From assembly GCF_018350175.1 (NCBI RefSeq), contig NC_058368.1:205780001-205844000 (forward strand): 64,000 nucleotides of DNA, given 5' to 3'. The position numbers were made by a program, and so were the translations under genes. The stretch is from Felis catus (Eukaryota). Shown one piece after another: positions 23,915-36,314 of this stretch (positions are counted from its first letter, which is position 1; every line of letters starts with the position of its first letter). The notes beneath the pieces were generated by a model. It saw nothing but the letters and a program-made list of their open reading frames with translations, did no database searches and was not told the origin of the DNA.

Positions 23915-24780
23915 TAGTCTCCTGTCATAATCCAATCTCCCCCAACACTAAAAAGGTCTTTTGAAAAAGTAAATTAGATATTACTTTTTTTCTGATCCAA
24001 CTTCTCTGATGGCTGCCCTTAACATTTGAATAAAGTCCAAACTTTTTGCCACTATCTACCAGACAGGGCACCATGTAGCTTATGACTCTTCTTCACCCCA
24101 TCCCCTACATTCTTGCGTTGTTTGGGTTCTGCCACATCGGATTTTTTTAAAAAAAATTTGTCTATTTTGGGGAGAGCACAAGTGGAGGAGGGGCAGAGAA
24201 AGGGGGACAGAAGATCCCAAGCAGGCTCTGTGTGGACAGGCTGCTAGCAGCAAGCCCGATGTGGGGCTCAAACTCATGAACTGAACCATGAGATCATGAC
24301 CTGAGCTGAAGTTGGATGCTCAGCTGACTGAGCCACCCAGGTGCCTCTGGCTTCTATTTTCTTGACCTCACCATGCTTTCCAACTTTCAAGCTTGTGAAT
24401 TTGCTGTGTTGTGGGTCCAGACTAGAGTACTCTGAGATGATCCCGTTGCTGCTTCCTTCTCATGATTTCTCTTTCTCCTCAAATGTCACCTCAGCAAGGC
24501 AACCTTCCCCAACCACTTCTCACTACCAGTTACTGTAATAAGACTCTGTTATTAAATTACCTTTTTAAAAATTCATTTTCTTATTTATCGTGTTCATTTG
24601 CTATGTGTGAAAGTTTATTGTGGCCAGAGCCTCTGTCTGACTGGATCATAGCCCTATCCAATGAGTCTGATGTCTCAGTAGTTCATATTTCTATTGGTTT
24701 CATGTATGTTGCATTGTTCACTATATTTAGATTATAAGCTCCACAAAGACAGAGGTGATATTTTCTAAATAATTATATAT
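23915..24780 (+). mobile_element. L2 remnant interrupted by a Can-SINE
   Basis: tccaacttctctgatggctgcccttaacatttgaataaagtccaaac...ctcaaatgtcacctcagcaaggc...tagattataagctccacaaagacagag. Confidence 0.7.
24141..24347 (-). mobile_element. Can-SINE (variant subfamily)
   Basis: ...gagatcatgacctgagctgaagttggatgctcagctgactgagccacccaggtgcctc. Confidence 0.95.
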
Positions 24781-25389
24781 TTAAATTTTCAGTAGGCTGA
24801 GTTTATTAAAGATAAAAGGGAAAAATATAGAAGGTTTTTAAAGAGAAAATGGCCCAAGGGGCTAACATTTCAATCAGATTAGATTTTATACCACTTCTCT
24901 TTCTAACCTCATGAAATTCTGGTGACAAAGCTTGTCCCTATGATGCTTAAGTAAACAAGTTTTCAGGTGGAATTAAAGTAACACTTTCTGTTAAATTCAT
25001 AGTTTTTCCTTGACTATATATGCTAGATATCCTAAAGTATAGAACCATGCAATAAAATAACCGAACTTTAGTCAAAGTGTATAGAGAAATTATTTTGATT
25101 TTTGGTTTTGAAAAATCTGTTCTGAAGTTGGTTTACATCTTTTGTCCAGTACAGATCACAGGAATGTGTAGTTTTCTGCTTCCTACAGGCCCTGATTTTA
25201 GCCCTCTATACCTTCATTTTGTGCACCTGCTAAATAATATTGAATTGAAAGATGTCATGGCTGCTTGCATAGTAGGTACTAGAGGGTCACAACCTTTGAC
25301 TGTTGGAATTTCTTAGTAAAATACCTGCTGATGCTGTTACAAAGAGATGCCTTATAAGAACTTTTCAAATTATTCAGCAATAGTAAGAA

Positions 25390-25600
25390 TTAATATTTAT
25401 TGAACATATTAAGTAGCAAACTCTGATGAGAGTGTGTGTGTGTCACTATTTCACCGAGTTTCTGGTTGGAGATGTATCAACCAAGGGTTAGAGATGGTAA
25501 GTCACTTACAAAAGATCAGACAGCTGGTAAGAGATGAAGCCAGGATTCACACCCAACTCAGTCTTATAACAGATCCCATTCTTTTAAACAATGCTAAAGT
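25390..25600 (-). mobile_element. MIR remnant
   Basis: aagggttagagatggtaagtcacttacaaaagatcagacagctggtaagagatgaagccaggattcacaccca. Confidence 0.75.
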
Positions 25601-26579
25601 GCCTCGTATTAGTAGGTATTTACAGGGATGGTGCTCAGATATCTTAGAAAATTGCTAAGTTTTCAGGGTTGACATTTATAAGCCTAACCAGTTGTAGTAT
25701 TCAAAATATGTATCAGGCATTCAGTCAGAATGGATACCTAACTAATGTAAATGGATGCTAGCACATCTTACCCGATACATGCTTACTGAATATCATTCCT
25801 GTTCCAACGACTCTTTCAATATTTGCCCTTCCTCAGGGAATACACCAAGAACCTCTCATCCCCAACCAACATGTCAGGATTAAGTGGTATCTGCAGGGTG
25901 GGCCATGCTGTCAGGTGCACGGCTGCCATCCAGAAGGTGGTATGGATTCATCTCAAAGGCCCCGCAAAGGGTTCTGTGTAGTATGATGCTGAATGATGGT
26001 TCTTGTTTCTTCATGGTAGAAAGAGGGTCTCCTTTCTCTGCTAAAGTATGAATAAGAACCTCTGTTCCAGTAACTCGTCTCCATAAATATTATCTTACAA
26101 ACTTTATTCAATGCTTTAAAACTTATTTTGCAACAGAACCATTATGTTTACCAAAGAACACCTATTACCTTTGCTCTGGATTAGTGTTTTGGAAGTGCTA
26201 TGTAATCTGAACGTGACTTCCCCTCCTGTACACGACCAACTCTTCTCCCCCCACCCTACCCCCTTATCTGTCTTTCCCCCTGCTCCACCTCAGTTACATA
26301 TGAAGAAATTCATTTTCAGAGAAGCTTGGTGACTTTCCTAAGATTTCTTGGGCAAAAGCTGAGACTCTTAAGTTTTCAAAATCTTTACCATCTAGTCCAG
26401 TGCACTTTCCACTATATCCCCCTGCTTGCACACTACAGCTGACCAGTGTCCATGTGAGTGGCACCCAATGAACTTCAACTATCAGATGATAGGCCAGACA
26501 CTAATCTTGAGTTTCAATGGCACGTTGACATTTTTTGCATACTCTGGCTTCTCTAAAGGTGTTTATTAGAAGGTTACTA

Positions 26580-26955
26580 ATAATTGTCAAAACTTGGAAA
26601 ATAATATCCATCAACATGGGACTAGTTCTATAAATTATGGTGCAACAATATAGTGGCATCTACTGTCTTAGGAATGGTGACAACATTGTACACTTGTGGA
26701 AGAGATGCCTAGAGCATATCAAACAGGAATAATGGCAGCTCACCGAATAATGTTCTCGGTATGATATCATTTAATATTATATGTATGTCTTCGTGGACAC
26801 ATGTCTATATGCCAAAAAAATCTAAAATCTATATGTCAAAATATTTACAGACAATTATTTGAATAGTGATATTATATGAATTTTTATTTTCTTCATATAC
26901 ATTTTATGCTGCTAGAAATATTTTATGATGAGTGTGTAATACCATTAAAATTGAG
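26580..26955 (+). mobile_element. Old L1ME-like 3' end
   Basis: aaaacttggaaaataatatccatcaacatgggactagttctataaattatggtgcaac...tgattatatgaatttttattttctt. Confidence 0.6.
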
Positions 26956-27524
26956 AGGAAAAAGTTATGAGTTATTTTTTTTTAGAGAAACAAAACATCA
27001 GCCATTTTTCATAGCTTCTTTACCGGTTCCAAACCCACCATTGTCTCTGAGTCTTCCACAGTACCTGCTAACACTTATCTCCAGGCGTAACCCCAGGAGC
27101 CACCTAGAAATAATTCCTCCTGCCCTCTCTCTCATCAGGCTCTCTTTCCCCAGGTCCTTGATAATTGGCTTCCTTCTTGTATACACAATGTCTGCCTCTT
27201 CACCTTTCACCATGTTATCTCTATCTACCAAAAATGTATTCATCTCTCAAGACCCATTCTAAGATTCACCTTTGGATAAACAGCTGCTTGGTGCCTTTGA
27301 AATCACCCCATCCATTGTATTTTTATGTTGCTTTTATAAGATTCCATATCACAGGATTGGATGCAGGGCTCTGTGCTGAATATGCCTTGTGTAGAGGTGT
27401 GTGACAAGGGAGTGAGTGGAGAATGAAATCCAGACTGCAATCTGATCATCAAGCTGAGCCCCCTGACCTCCATTACTAGGTCACATCCCTCTGTTATTAA
27501 CCATTGTCCCACTTATAATTAAGC

Positions 27525-27660
27525 ATTATTAATACTCATCTCTTCATTACCCAACGAGGAGAGGGTTTGGGTCTGCTTTTGCTCCCCAGTACCTAGTACT
27601 GTGTCTGGCACACAGAAGGTGCTCAATAAATATTTCATTGAGTGAATCAATAAATTAATA
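27525..27660 (+). mobile_element. L2 3' terminus
   Basis: ccccagtacctagtactgtgtctggcacacagaaggtgctcaataaatatttcattgagtgaatcaat. Confidence 0.85.
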
Positions 27661-28544
27661 AAAGGCCAAGTGACTTGTCTAAAATGACAGACAGAAATCA
27701 CCCCTGGGGTGCTTTGTAATACAGCATCTTGGGTCATTGCCACCAGGGCAAAGAGAGGTAAGCAATGATATGTAGAAGAACCACAAGTGTCTCCAGCTTT
27801 TGGCGAGTGCCTCCTGGGTCTTTCTTTCATGCTGTTTCCTGTGCAGCGGGAGAGGAATGAATGGCTGTGGCACTGCTGCTGAATGTGTTTGCAAGGCATG
27901 TGCCACCCGTGCTCAAACACTCCTTCCCATTGGCTCCGGCCACATCATAAGACATCACAGCGGCACAAGTGACCCATTCATTTTCTCTTCCCACCTCTAG
28001 GCGTTTGATGGAAGCAGATTACAGGAGGGGAAAAACCAGATCACCTCAAGGGGGATGAGTCATTTTATGTTTTTGTTTCTGTGCATTAAAGAATTGATTC
28101 ATGAGATTTTAATGCTTTACTTGCTATTGCAGAAATTTTCTCTCCCTACTGTGAGGGTGCTGATGAGATCCACTGAGATGTGCAGCACTGCGTTCACACC
28201 ACTGTAATCATTCTTGGAAGGAGCATTTTATTTCCTGATTTCTACTGCCATCCTTGTGAGTCAGTAATAGAAAAAAACACTTTGGCACCAAGGCTCAGGT
28301 CTCGTATCTTCTGTGCCTGAGCAAATATGGAAAAATCTATAATATTGCTCTCAAGGTTACTGAGAAATTAATCTAGCTACCTTCAGCTTGAGACTGAGGA
28401 GAGGGGTGTTTTAGCAATTATTGAGTGGACTGCCTTACGATAGGGAGATTTGGGGACCGAATATCAGACCATTTTTCTGGCTTTCTCATTAGCAGTACTG
28501 AGGCACATACTAGGTGAGAAAAGGGGCAAAAGGGAAAGAGATGA

Positions 28545-28745
28545 GTATCACTTAACAAACACTGGGCATATTCCAGGATGTCAGTATTAAGGATTTATTG
28601 TCATGTAATCCTCAAACAGAAGGATAAGGTTGGTGTGATTATTTTCACTTAGGCTGTGGGTTCCGAGGTTCAGAGAAGCAAAGATTGGCCCAAGGTTACC
28701 TGATTGGTAAATAGCAGTGTCTAAATTTTCATCCTGGTCTCACTT
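28545..28745 (-). mobile_element. MIR remnant
   Basis: tgtaatcctcaaac...gaggttcagagaagcaaagattggcccaaggttacc...ggtaaatagcag. Confidence 0.7.
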
Positions 28746-30544
28746 TAGCAGGGGAACAGCCTCGAAGGCATAGAAGGCAGGCTGGTGTGCGCAGGTTAGC
28801 CCTGAGCTCCTTTTTTCACGTGATGGTGAGAGCCTGGCTGTCAGGGTGGTTGAACAGAGCTTCGGTGTGCAACATGACCTTGCTAGCAGCACCAGCTCAC
28901 TGCTCCAAGACCTTGAAAATAAGGTCGAGTTCCTTGTGAAATAGGAAAAATGGTTCTCAGTTAAAAGAAAACTACAGGCAAGACAGAGTGAGATGTACGG
29001 AGGACAGAGTAGACAGTCCCTTTTGCCCCTTCACGGGAAAAGAAAAAAATGCATCAGTCAATTCATCCTGTAAGCAGGTCAGTTCAACAAAAATATCAAG
29101 GAAGTCACTGGATCGCACAGCTATTTATATAAAGCACAACAACTGGTTGGCTACATTTTTCGTTTTTCATCTGTTGGTCTGTTATATTAAATAGAATCTT
29201 CTGGCTACCATTTATTTACTCAACAAATATCCATTAGTCACTGACTGGCAGATTTTGCTGGGTGCTCAGATATTACAGATGTGATCTCTTTCCTCTTGGA
29301 ACTTGGTTCTCTTGCTTTTCTTTGGCAGAAGGTGCTTTGGAAAGTACAGTTTTAAAGCACTTTCTGGAGAAGTAGACATTGAAAGAACACCGTGCAGTTT
29401 ATCACTGAAAATTTTAAGACTTTATGAAGGAAATAGGGAATAAACATCAATTCGGTACGTCTTCCTTCCTCTTCCCTCCACTTCCTCTGCTCCTCTTTTC
29501 TTCCGTTCTTCCTTTCCTTTATCTTTTGAATATACTCATTGCTGTCCACCAAAAAAGCAGTGGCAGCCAAAGAAGTGAGAGTTTTTCAGCTATGATGAAC
29601 TTCCCCAACTTACACAATTGAAGCATTTAGAAAGAAACTCTACTTGTAGCACAAGTATAAGAATTGCAATTTCTACATTAAAATTGCTTTTCTTTTAAAT
29701 TATAGAGTCAGGTGAGCGAGGCTTGCAAAATTATCCAGGGTATGGGCCTTCTAAAAGTCTTAGTCTGCTCTGGATTATTAAGTCAATTTAAACAATTGAC
29801 TTTTCATCCAACAGCAGGAAACTAGGGAAAGTTGGGTCCTTTGTGGCTAGGCACTGTCTAGTTAGAAAAAGTCCCTCTTGTTTCCCAGTGAGATCTGTCT
29901 CTTCATCTTTCTTGCCCCTCACTAGCTTCTCCCTCCTGTTCATCTTTCTCAAGGTCCCATATGGTTGCCTTGGTCACTTTTTGAACAACAAACTTTATGG
30001 GTCTAGCTATCATGGACCATTGTAAAGAGATGACCTTGAAATTGGAGGTAATTACATTATTGTTCCCCTCTTGAATTTCTGAAAACAAAGGGTAATCTGA
30101 ATCCCTCTGAAATTATCTGCTTCTTACCTTCACAAATCTTGTTTCTATTAGGGATTTGTGAGTAATGGCTCAGCAAGACAGCCAGGTCAATGAGACCTTC
30201 CTTTGTGGATTTTAATGTAAAATACTCCACATTTAGTCTGAAAACAATCAAACAAAAGGATGATTGGATTCTGTTCTGCTAGTTTTCTTTTTGAATGAAG
30301 AACAGAAAGATAAAATATACAGACATACAGCTAGCCACTTAATGTAATATCTAGTGAATGTTTTCCTCCCAATTCATGTTGTAGAATTTCTAGGACCTCT
30401 ATATCTAGAAAATTATCTACCTTGACAGGAAAATTTAGGATTAATTTATTGTGAAACGTGTTTGTGTTATATGAATAAACCTATAACCTAATACAAAAGT
30501 CACCATAAAGTTATGTGTAAGAATTTATAACTCTAAATGTAGGG

Positions 30545-30700
30545 AATTTTATGGATATGTTTATGACATAAGTTGTGATAATGGTTTCATGGATGTTTAC
30601 TAATCTCCAAACTCATCAAGCTGTTTTTGCTATATATGTACAGCTTTTTGTATGTAAATCAGACGTCAATAAAGTGTTTTAAAATATAAATATAAAAAAA
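30545..30700 (+). mobile_element. L1MB-like 3' end fragment
   Basis: ttgtgataatggtttcatggatgtttactaatctccaaactcatcaa...tatgtacagctttttgtatgtaaatcagacgtcaataaagtg plus A-rich tail. Confidence 0.8.
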
Positions 30701-31030
30701 TAAAACATAAATATCAAGAATTTTATATACTCAGTGTGCTTTGTATCTTTGCACTCTTAGCACTCTGAGTATACTCTCATATACTCAGAAGTATATATAA
30801 ATAAATATTTTTCTGATTCCTATTCAAACCAGAGAATAAACCAGTAGTTCTATCTGTGGCCATTCTATAATTAATTAAACTTTTGAGTAACTACCTCAAA
30901 ATCTAGTGCTTAGAATTCAAAACATCATTAGTGAGAAATGAAAGCTCTACATGGAAATGGATCAGTCTGGCCTGGGAAATTGGCATGAACATTCTCTAAT
31001 TCTGACATTCTCTGCATCTGCTTGGCGATT

Positions 31031-31227
31031 CTTTTTTTGTTTGTTTGTTTTGAGAGAGAGAGGGAGAGTGGAGTAGAGGGGAAGATGGAGAGAAAGAATC
31101 TTAAACGGGACCTGATGCAGGACCTGATGTGGGACCTGATGTGGGGCTTGATCCCACGATCCTGGAATCCTGACCCAAGTTGAAATCAAAGTCAGATGTT
31201 CAACCAACTGAGCTACCCAGGCACCCC
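31031..31227 (-). mobile_element. Can-SINE with internal 12-bp tandem repeat
   Basis: TSD tgcttggcgatt (31019-31030) / tgcttggtgact (31228-31239). Confidence 0.93.
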
Positions 31228-31517
31228 TGCTTGGTGACTTGCCCATGGTATAGTGAGCTCTCAGCAGAGAATTTCTTTCTTGCATATTTCCAAGTGAAGA
31301 AAGTTTGGTCAAATACCCAGTAGAGGACAACCAGTTAGTCAGTCAAAGCTGGGGGACGACAGTTGCTCTTAGAGCCTGCTTAGATGAAAACGTTGTAATG
31401 GGCTGGAAGGACAAAGTTCTGAGGTGCCAGCATTTCCTCTTTCATGGTAACTTTCCTATTTCCTTCACACCTGACCATAAGCTTTTAAGGATTTTATCAT
31501 TTAAATATTTCACTCCC

Positions 31518-31731
31518 GGGGCGCCTGGGTGGCGCAGTCGGTTAAGCGTCCGACTTCAGCCAGGTCACGATCTCGCGGTTCGTGAGTTCGAGCCCCGCGT
31601 CGGGCTCTGGGCTGATGGCTGGGAGCCTGGATCCTGTTTCCGATTCTGTGTCTCCCTCTCTCTCTGCCCCTCCCCCGTTCATGCTCTGTCTCTCTCTGTC
31701 CCAAAAATAAATAAACGTTGAAAAAAAAAAA
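31518..31731 (+). mobile_element. Young Can-SINE (Felis-type SINEC_Fc)
   Basis: ggggcgcctgggtggcgcagtcggttaagcgtccgac, CpG-rich; flanking repeat tttaaatatttcactccc (31500-31517 / 31736-31753). Confidence 0.98.
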
Positions 31732-32269
31732 CTACTTTAAATATTTCACTCCCCCTTCCGAAGCTCTTAGGTAATTTATATCTTCTAATTATATGAGCCC
31801 CAAGTACTATACCCCCTTGAAGGTGTCCTGGAGAGAAACCGGGAAGGTCACCCGCTAATAAGTAAGTACCTTCCCTTGGCATGCAGCACATATCGCGACA
31901 GAGAATTCTCTTGTATGCTTGCCGAGTTCATTTTGGACAGGCAAAGGCCCAAGTGGAGAGGCAGGTGAAAACCTAACCACGCCTGTGAAACATTTCGTGT
32001 CTTTCCTAAATATTCCTGCCTCATTAAGCTCCATTATTACGGGAAGATGTGGAAATTTTTGCTGCTGAAGCTGCAGTTATCTCCAATAAATTGAATTAGT
32101 GCTATTTTCATACTTAACCTTGTAAAACTACAGACAGGTCAGTTCTTTATAAATTCATTATTTTAGTTTCACAATCTAATCTTACCAGAATTCCAAGCAA
32201 CAGTTTGATTCATTTCAATTCGTACCTTTCATATTCATTCTTCTTTCAATTAATTAAATGTGTGGATTT

Positions 32270-32510
32270 ACTTTATTGACGAACATTACATAACATTTGC
32301 TATGTGCTGGGGACTGTTAAAAGTGCTTTACAAATATTAACTCACTTAATTCATAATAACCTAATGCAGTAAGTGCTATTATTATTCCTATGATATCTGT
32401 GAGGCAACTAAGATACAGAGAGATTAAGTAATTTGCTCAAGGCTACACAGCTGACAAGTAGCAAAGCTAGGATTCAAACTCAGACAGTCCTGCTCTAGAA
32501 TTTGCTCCCT
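32270..32510 (-). mobile_element. MIR, near full length
   Basis: ctatgtgctggggactg...aactcacttaattcataataacc...gaggcaactaagatacagagagattaagtaatttgctcaaggctacacagctgacaagtagcaaagctaggattcaaactcagacagtc. Confidence 0.9.
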
Positions 32511-33907
32511 TGCGTTAGATCACTGCGACATGCCTTGCCAAATTGGCATTAGGTCCTATCTTTGACATTTGCTTTCCTCTGATATATGAAACAGTGTTTA
32601 CAGAGGTATCAAGGTTGATAAGAAGCTGAATATTTTTCTAACATTATGATACTGGTAATTAACTGGTGCTGAATGAAAACATTAAACATAAGTTAAACTT
32701 TAGCTTATATGACTTCTTAACTGACTTTTATAAATTTTTGGATCAGTTTGGATGTGAAGAGATGTTAGCTTTTACAGAGAAGTCTCAGATCTGAACTTTT
32801 CCCTTCCTTATCCTTTTTTCTCTTTCCCATATCCTTCCTTATCAGCCTTGCTCATTTCTCTTTTTTGAGGACATTTATTTCTAAAGCATCTGCATATTCA
32901 CAGCATCCACTCCCAGTACACCTGTTTTTTTTTTTCTTATGTGAAATCATGTGAACACATTCATATTCAAGATGATATGGATCCCCAGTTTGGTGACATA
33001 AAAATCCCAGTTCAGTAAGATACGAATCCACAAAATTCCCCTTAAATTATTTGGCATACAGTCATGTGTAATCAATCTTTACAATTATATTTGACCAGGT
33101 AGTTGCTAAGGTAACATGAAATAACATCATTAGCCATCTCTCTTTATCCCTTTCTCTTTTCCTCCCGCTCTTTCTCTGTGCCCCCCCCCACCCCCCGCCG
33201 CCCAGTAGGTCATTTCCAGATATTAAATGTATCTATTCCCCTCCCCACCAGTAGCAGTGTCTTCTTTGTCCTATTCCATTCAGTTTTCAGTCTCACCCAT
33301 TAACTTGGTCTTTCCTAAGCAAGCCTTAGCAGAAAGCAGACAGATCGTGCATGAGTCCAGGGGCTTTTCTCAGTGGTGAAAATTTTCATAGGTAATATCG
33401 CATTTTTGTTTTGGTGGTTGACAGTATGCCTAATGCAATAGATGAAAGAGTGACTGCCCTTCTGAGGAACATCCCAAAGTCTTGGCCGTTTGGGTATAGC
33501 CTAAGTGGTATAGATACAGAGACTTTCTAGGAAGCTGGAATAATTCAGTACTTCTTCAAGGTAGAAATGCTCGTTTCCAGCTCTCCCAAAGTCGGTCCAT
33601 AGTCTGACTATTCCAGTTTCTGAACTTAGAGAGTCTTTGAAATATTGTATGGATAAAACTGGTACTTGTTTTTACCCATCCTATGTATCTTACTGTGATA
33701 CCAATGTTTTAAAAACTACCTTTTGTTACCAACTGTTTGCTTTTTAATAGCAACGGAAGCTTCTATAAAGCATTTTCTTTGTGTAGAAAAATGCACTAAA
33801 TATTATGGGGTAGAAGTAGGGAGGATGAGGATATTGATTTTTAAAAATTAAGCAATTTCTGGAAGAAATATCAGGAGACTAGGATGGAGATACTTGTGGT
33901 AAAACAC

Positions 33908-34322
33908 GGTAATAATCTGTCTGCTAGGGCTGTCAAAACAAAATAGCACAGATGAGTGGCATAAAAAACAAATTTATTTTCTCTTAGTTCTGGAGACTAG
34001 AAGCCCAGGATTAAAGTGTCAGCAGATTTGGTTTCTTCTGTGGCCTCTCTCCTTGGCTTGCAGATGGCCATCTTCTCGCTCTGTCCTCGTATGATCTTTT
34101 CTCTGTGTGTGCACACCCTGGTGTCTCTCTTTGTATGTCTAAATTTCTTCTTCTTATAAGGACACCAGTCAGATTGGATTAGGACTCACCTTAATGGCCT
34201 CATTTTGACTTAATCACCCCTGTAAGGCCCTATCTCCAAATACAGCTACATTCTGAAGTTAGAGCTTAGGGGTTAGGGCTTCAACATAAGAATTTTATGG
34301 GGACACAGCTCAGCCTATAATA
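33908..34322 (-). mobile_element. MLT1B-like MaLR solo LTR
   Basis: ggcctctctccttggcttgcagatggccatcttctc...cttataaggacaccagtcagattggattagg...ggggacacagctcagcctataata; TSD-like aacac / aacat. Confidence 0.9.
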
Positions 34323-36314
34323 AACATCTAGGAATGCTGGTTGAAATATAATTTCTTAAATATATGTCCAAGCTGAGAAGAAAGATACAGAAATTCCTGT
34401 GAGCCGGAGATAAGAAGGAGCTAAAGGCTAAGGGAATTGTTTTCCATATAAGCCATGGCAGAATGGGGTGCAAGGTGTTGGGCGGAGGGATAAAGCTTAG
34501 GTTTGAATGTCCTCACAGGAACAGAAACAAGGCATCTGACCCAAAGAGATCCCACGGAAAGTTGGAAATGGGTACTGAGACTCCCAATGAAAGATGGAAA
34601 CCTTGAAGCATTTCTACTTTAAGAAAAAGGAGGAGTAACTGGATTCACCACTTAGCTTGGGAAAAATGCAAGATGTTTGTTTGTTTTCTGGTTTTGAATA
34701 GACTAAATTAATATTCCCATGTGCCCTTAATGAGATTGGAGCCCAAATTTATCCTGCCTAAGTAGTACTTCAAGCCCTAACCTGAAAAGTTAACTTAGAA
34801 GTTGTTTCCATGTGAATGATACCCATGGGGTGAATGGAGGAAGAAAATCCCAAACTGTTTGAGAGCAACACTTCAACAATCCAGACTCTCTTAGGAATGG
34901 GAGTCAGGATTCCCTTAGGAAAAACAATGCTTGCTTAAAATGGCCTCCCAATAAAAGTTTCAAAACACACTTGGAAATTATCTACCATGAACATGAGGCA
35001 GCAGATGATTAATTTGTAAGGCTGGCTGGAGGATTAGCAACCAGAAAACTTGATAAAAATAGACAGATCATCTGAAAGAAATATTCACATAAGTATAGCT
35101 AAAATTATTAAAAAGCTAAAACAAGATTTAGAAGACAAAAAAGAGTAAGATGTTACTTATAAGAATAAGAAAAATATGAAAAAACTCTTATGTAGAGAGT
35201 ATTCTTCACTGAATTTAAAACATGATACACTGGGTAAATAGCCATTTTATATAGAGCTGAAGAAATTTAATGAACTAGAAAACAGAGCTGAGAAAATTAA
35301 CCAGACTGCAACACTGAGGGAAAGAAATGGATACATGGTTGATAGGGTAAGAGTCATGGAGGAAAGAATGAGAAAATCCAAAATAAAGGTAATAGGATTT
35401 CTGAAAGAAATAGAATGGGGAATGCTATTCTTAGATCCAAGAAATCATGGCGGAGAATTTTCCAGATTTGATTAGCAACATGAATGTTCATAATGAAAAA
35501 CCCCATGGGTCCTGAGTAGAAAGAAAACAAACAAACAAAACCCCCAAATCTACATGTAAACATATTGTAGTGTGATTGCAAAACAAAGCAAAAAGTCTTA
35601 ATAGCAACAAGAAGGAGGATCAATATGTTACAAAGAATAAAATCAATTAGGAGAGTCCTCAATAAAATCATTAGTGGTCAGAAAAGAGTGAAATAACACC
35701 TTCAAAATACTGATACTAATAACAGTCATTCTAGAATTCTTTATTCAGATAAATTATTTAAGTGAGAACAAAATAAAGCCATTTTCTGAAAAACAAAAAC
35801 TGAGAGAACTAATCACTCAAAGACCCTCATCAAGTGGATTACATTAAAAAATGGCCCTTTAAGAAAGAATGGGATGAAAGAAGTAATGGGGAACAAAGAA
35901 ATTAATAGATACATATGTAAATCTAAATGAACATTAGATGTAAAACTTAATAACAACAATGATCATTTGGGCAGAGTGTTATAACAAGATAGAACTAAGA
36001 CCTATCTTCTATATAACTGATATATATAACTGATTTGTCAGTTCTATAATACCATGTTTTTCCAGAGAAGGATAGAAACATTAATACTAGACTGTTGAAT
36101 TAAGTATGTGTGTCAAAATTTGAAGGATAATGACTAAAATAGAAAAAGAATGAATAATTTTCAAAGCAGTAAAAGTACAAGAGAGGAATAAACTTGATTA
36201 ATACAAAAGAAAGCAGAAAATAATCAGAAAAAGTACGGCAAATAGAAGACACAAATAAGAAGGTAAGAATAAATCCAAATTCATTCCTACAATGAATATA
36301 AACAAATTAAGAGA

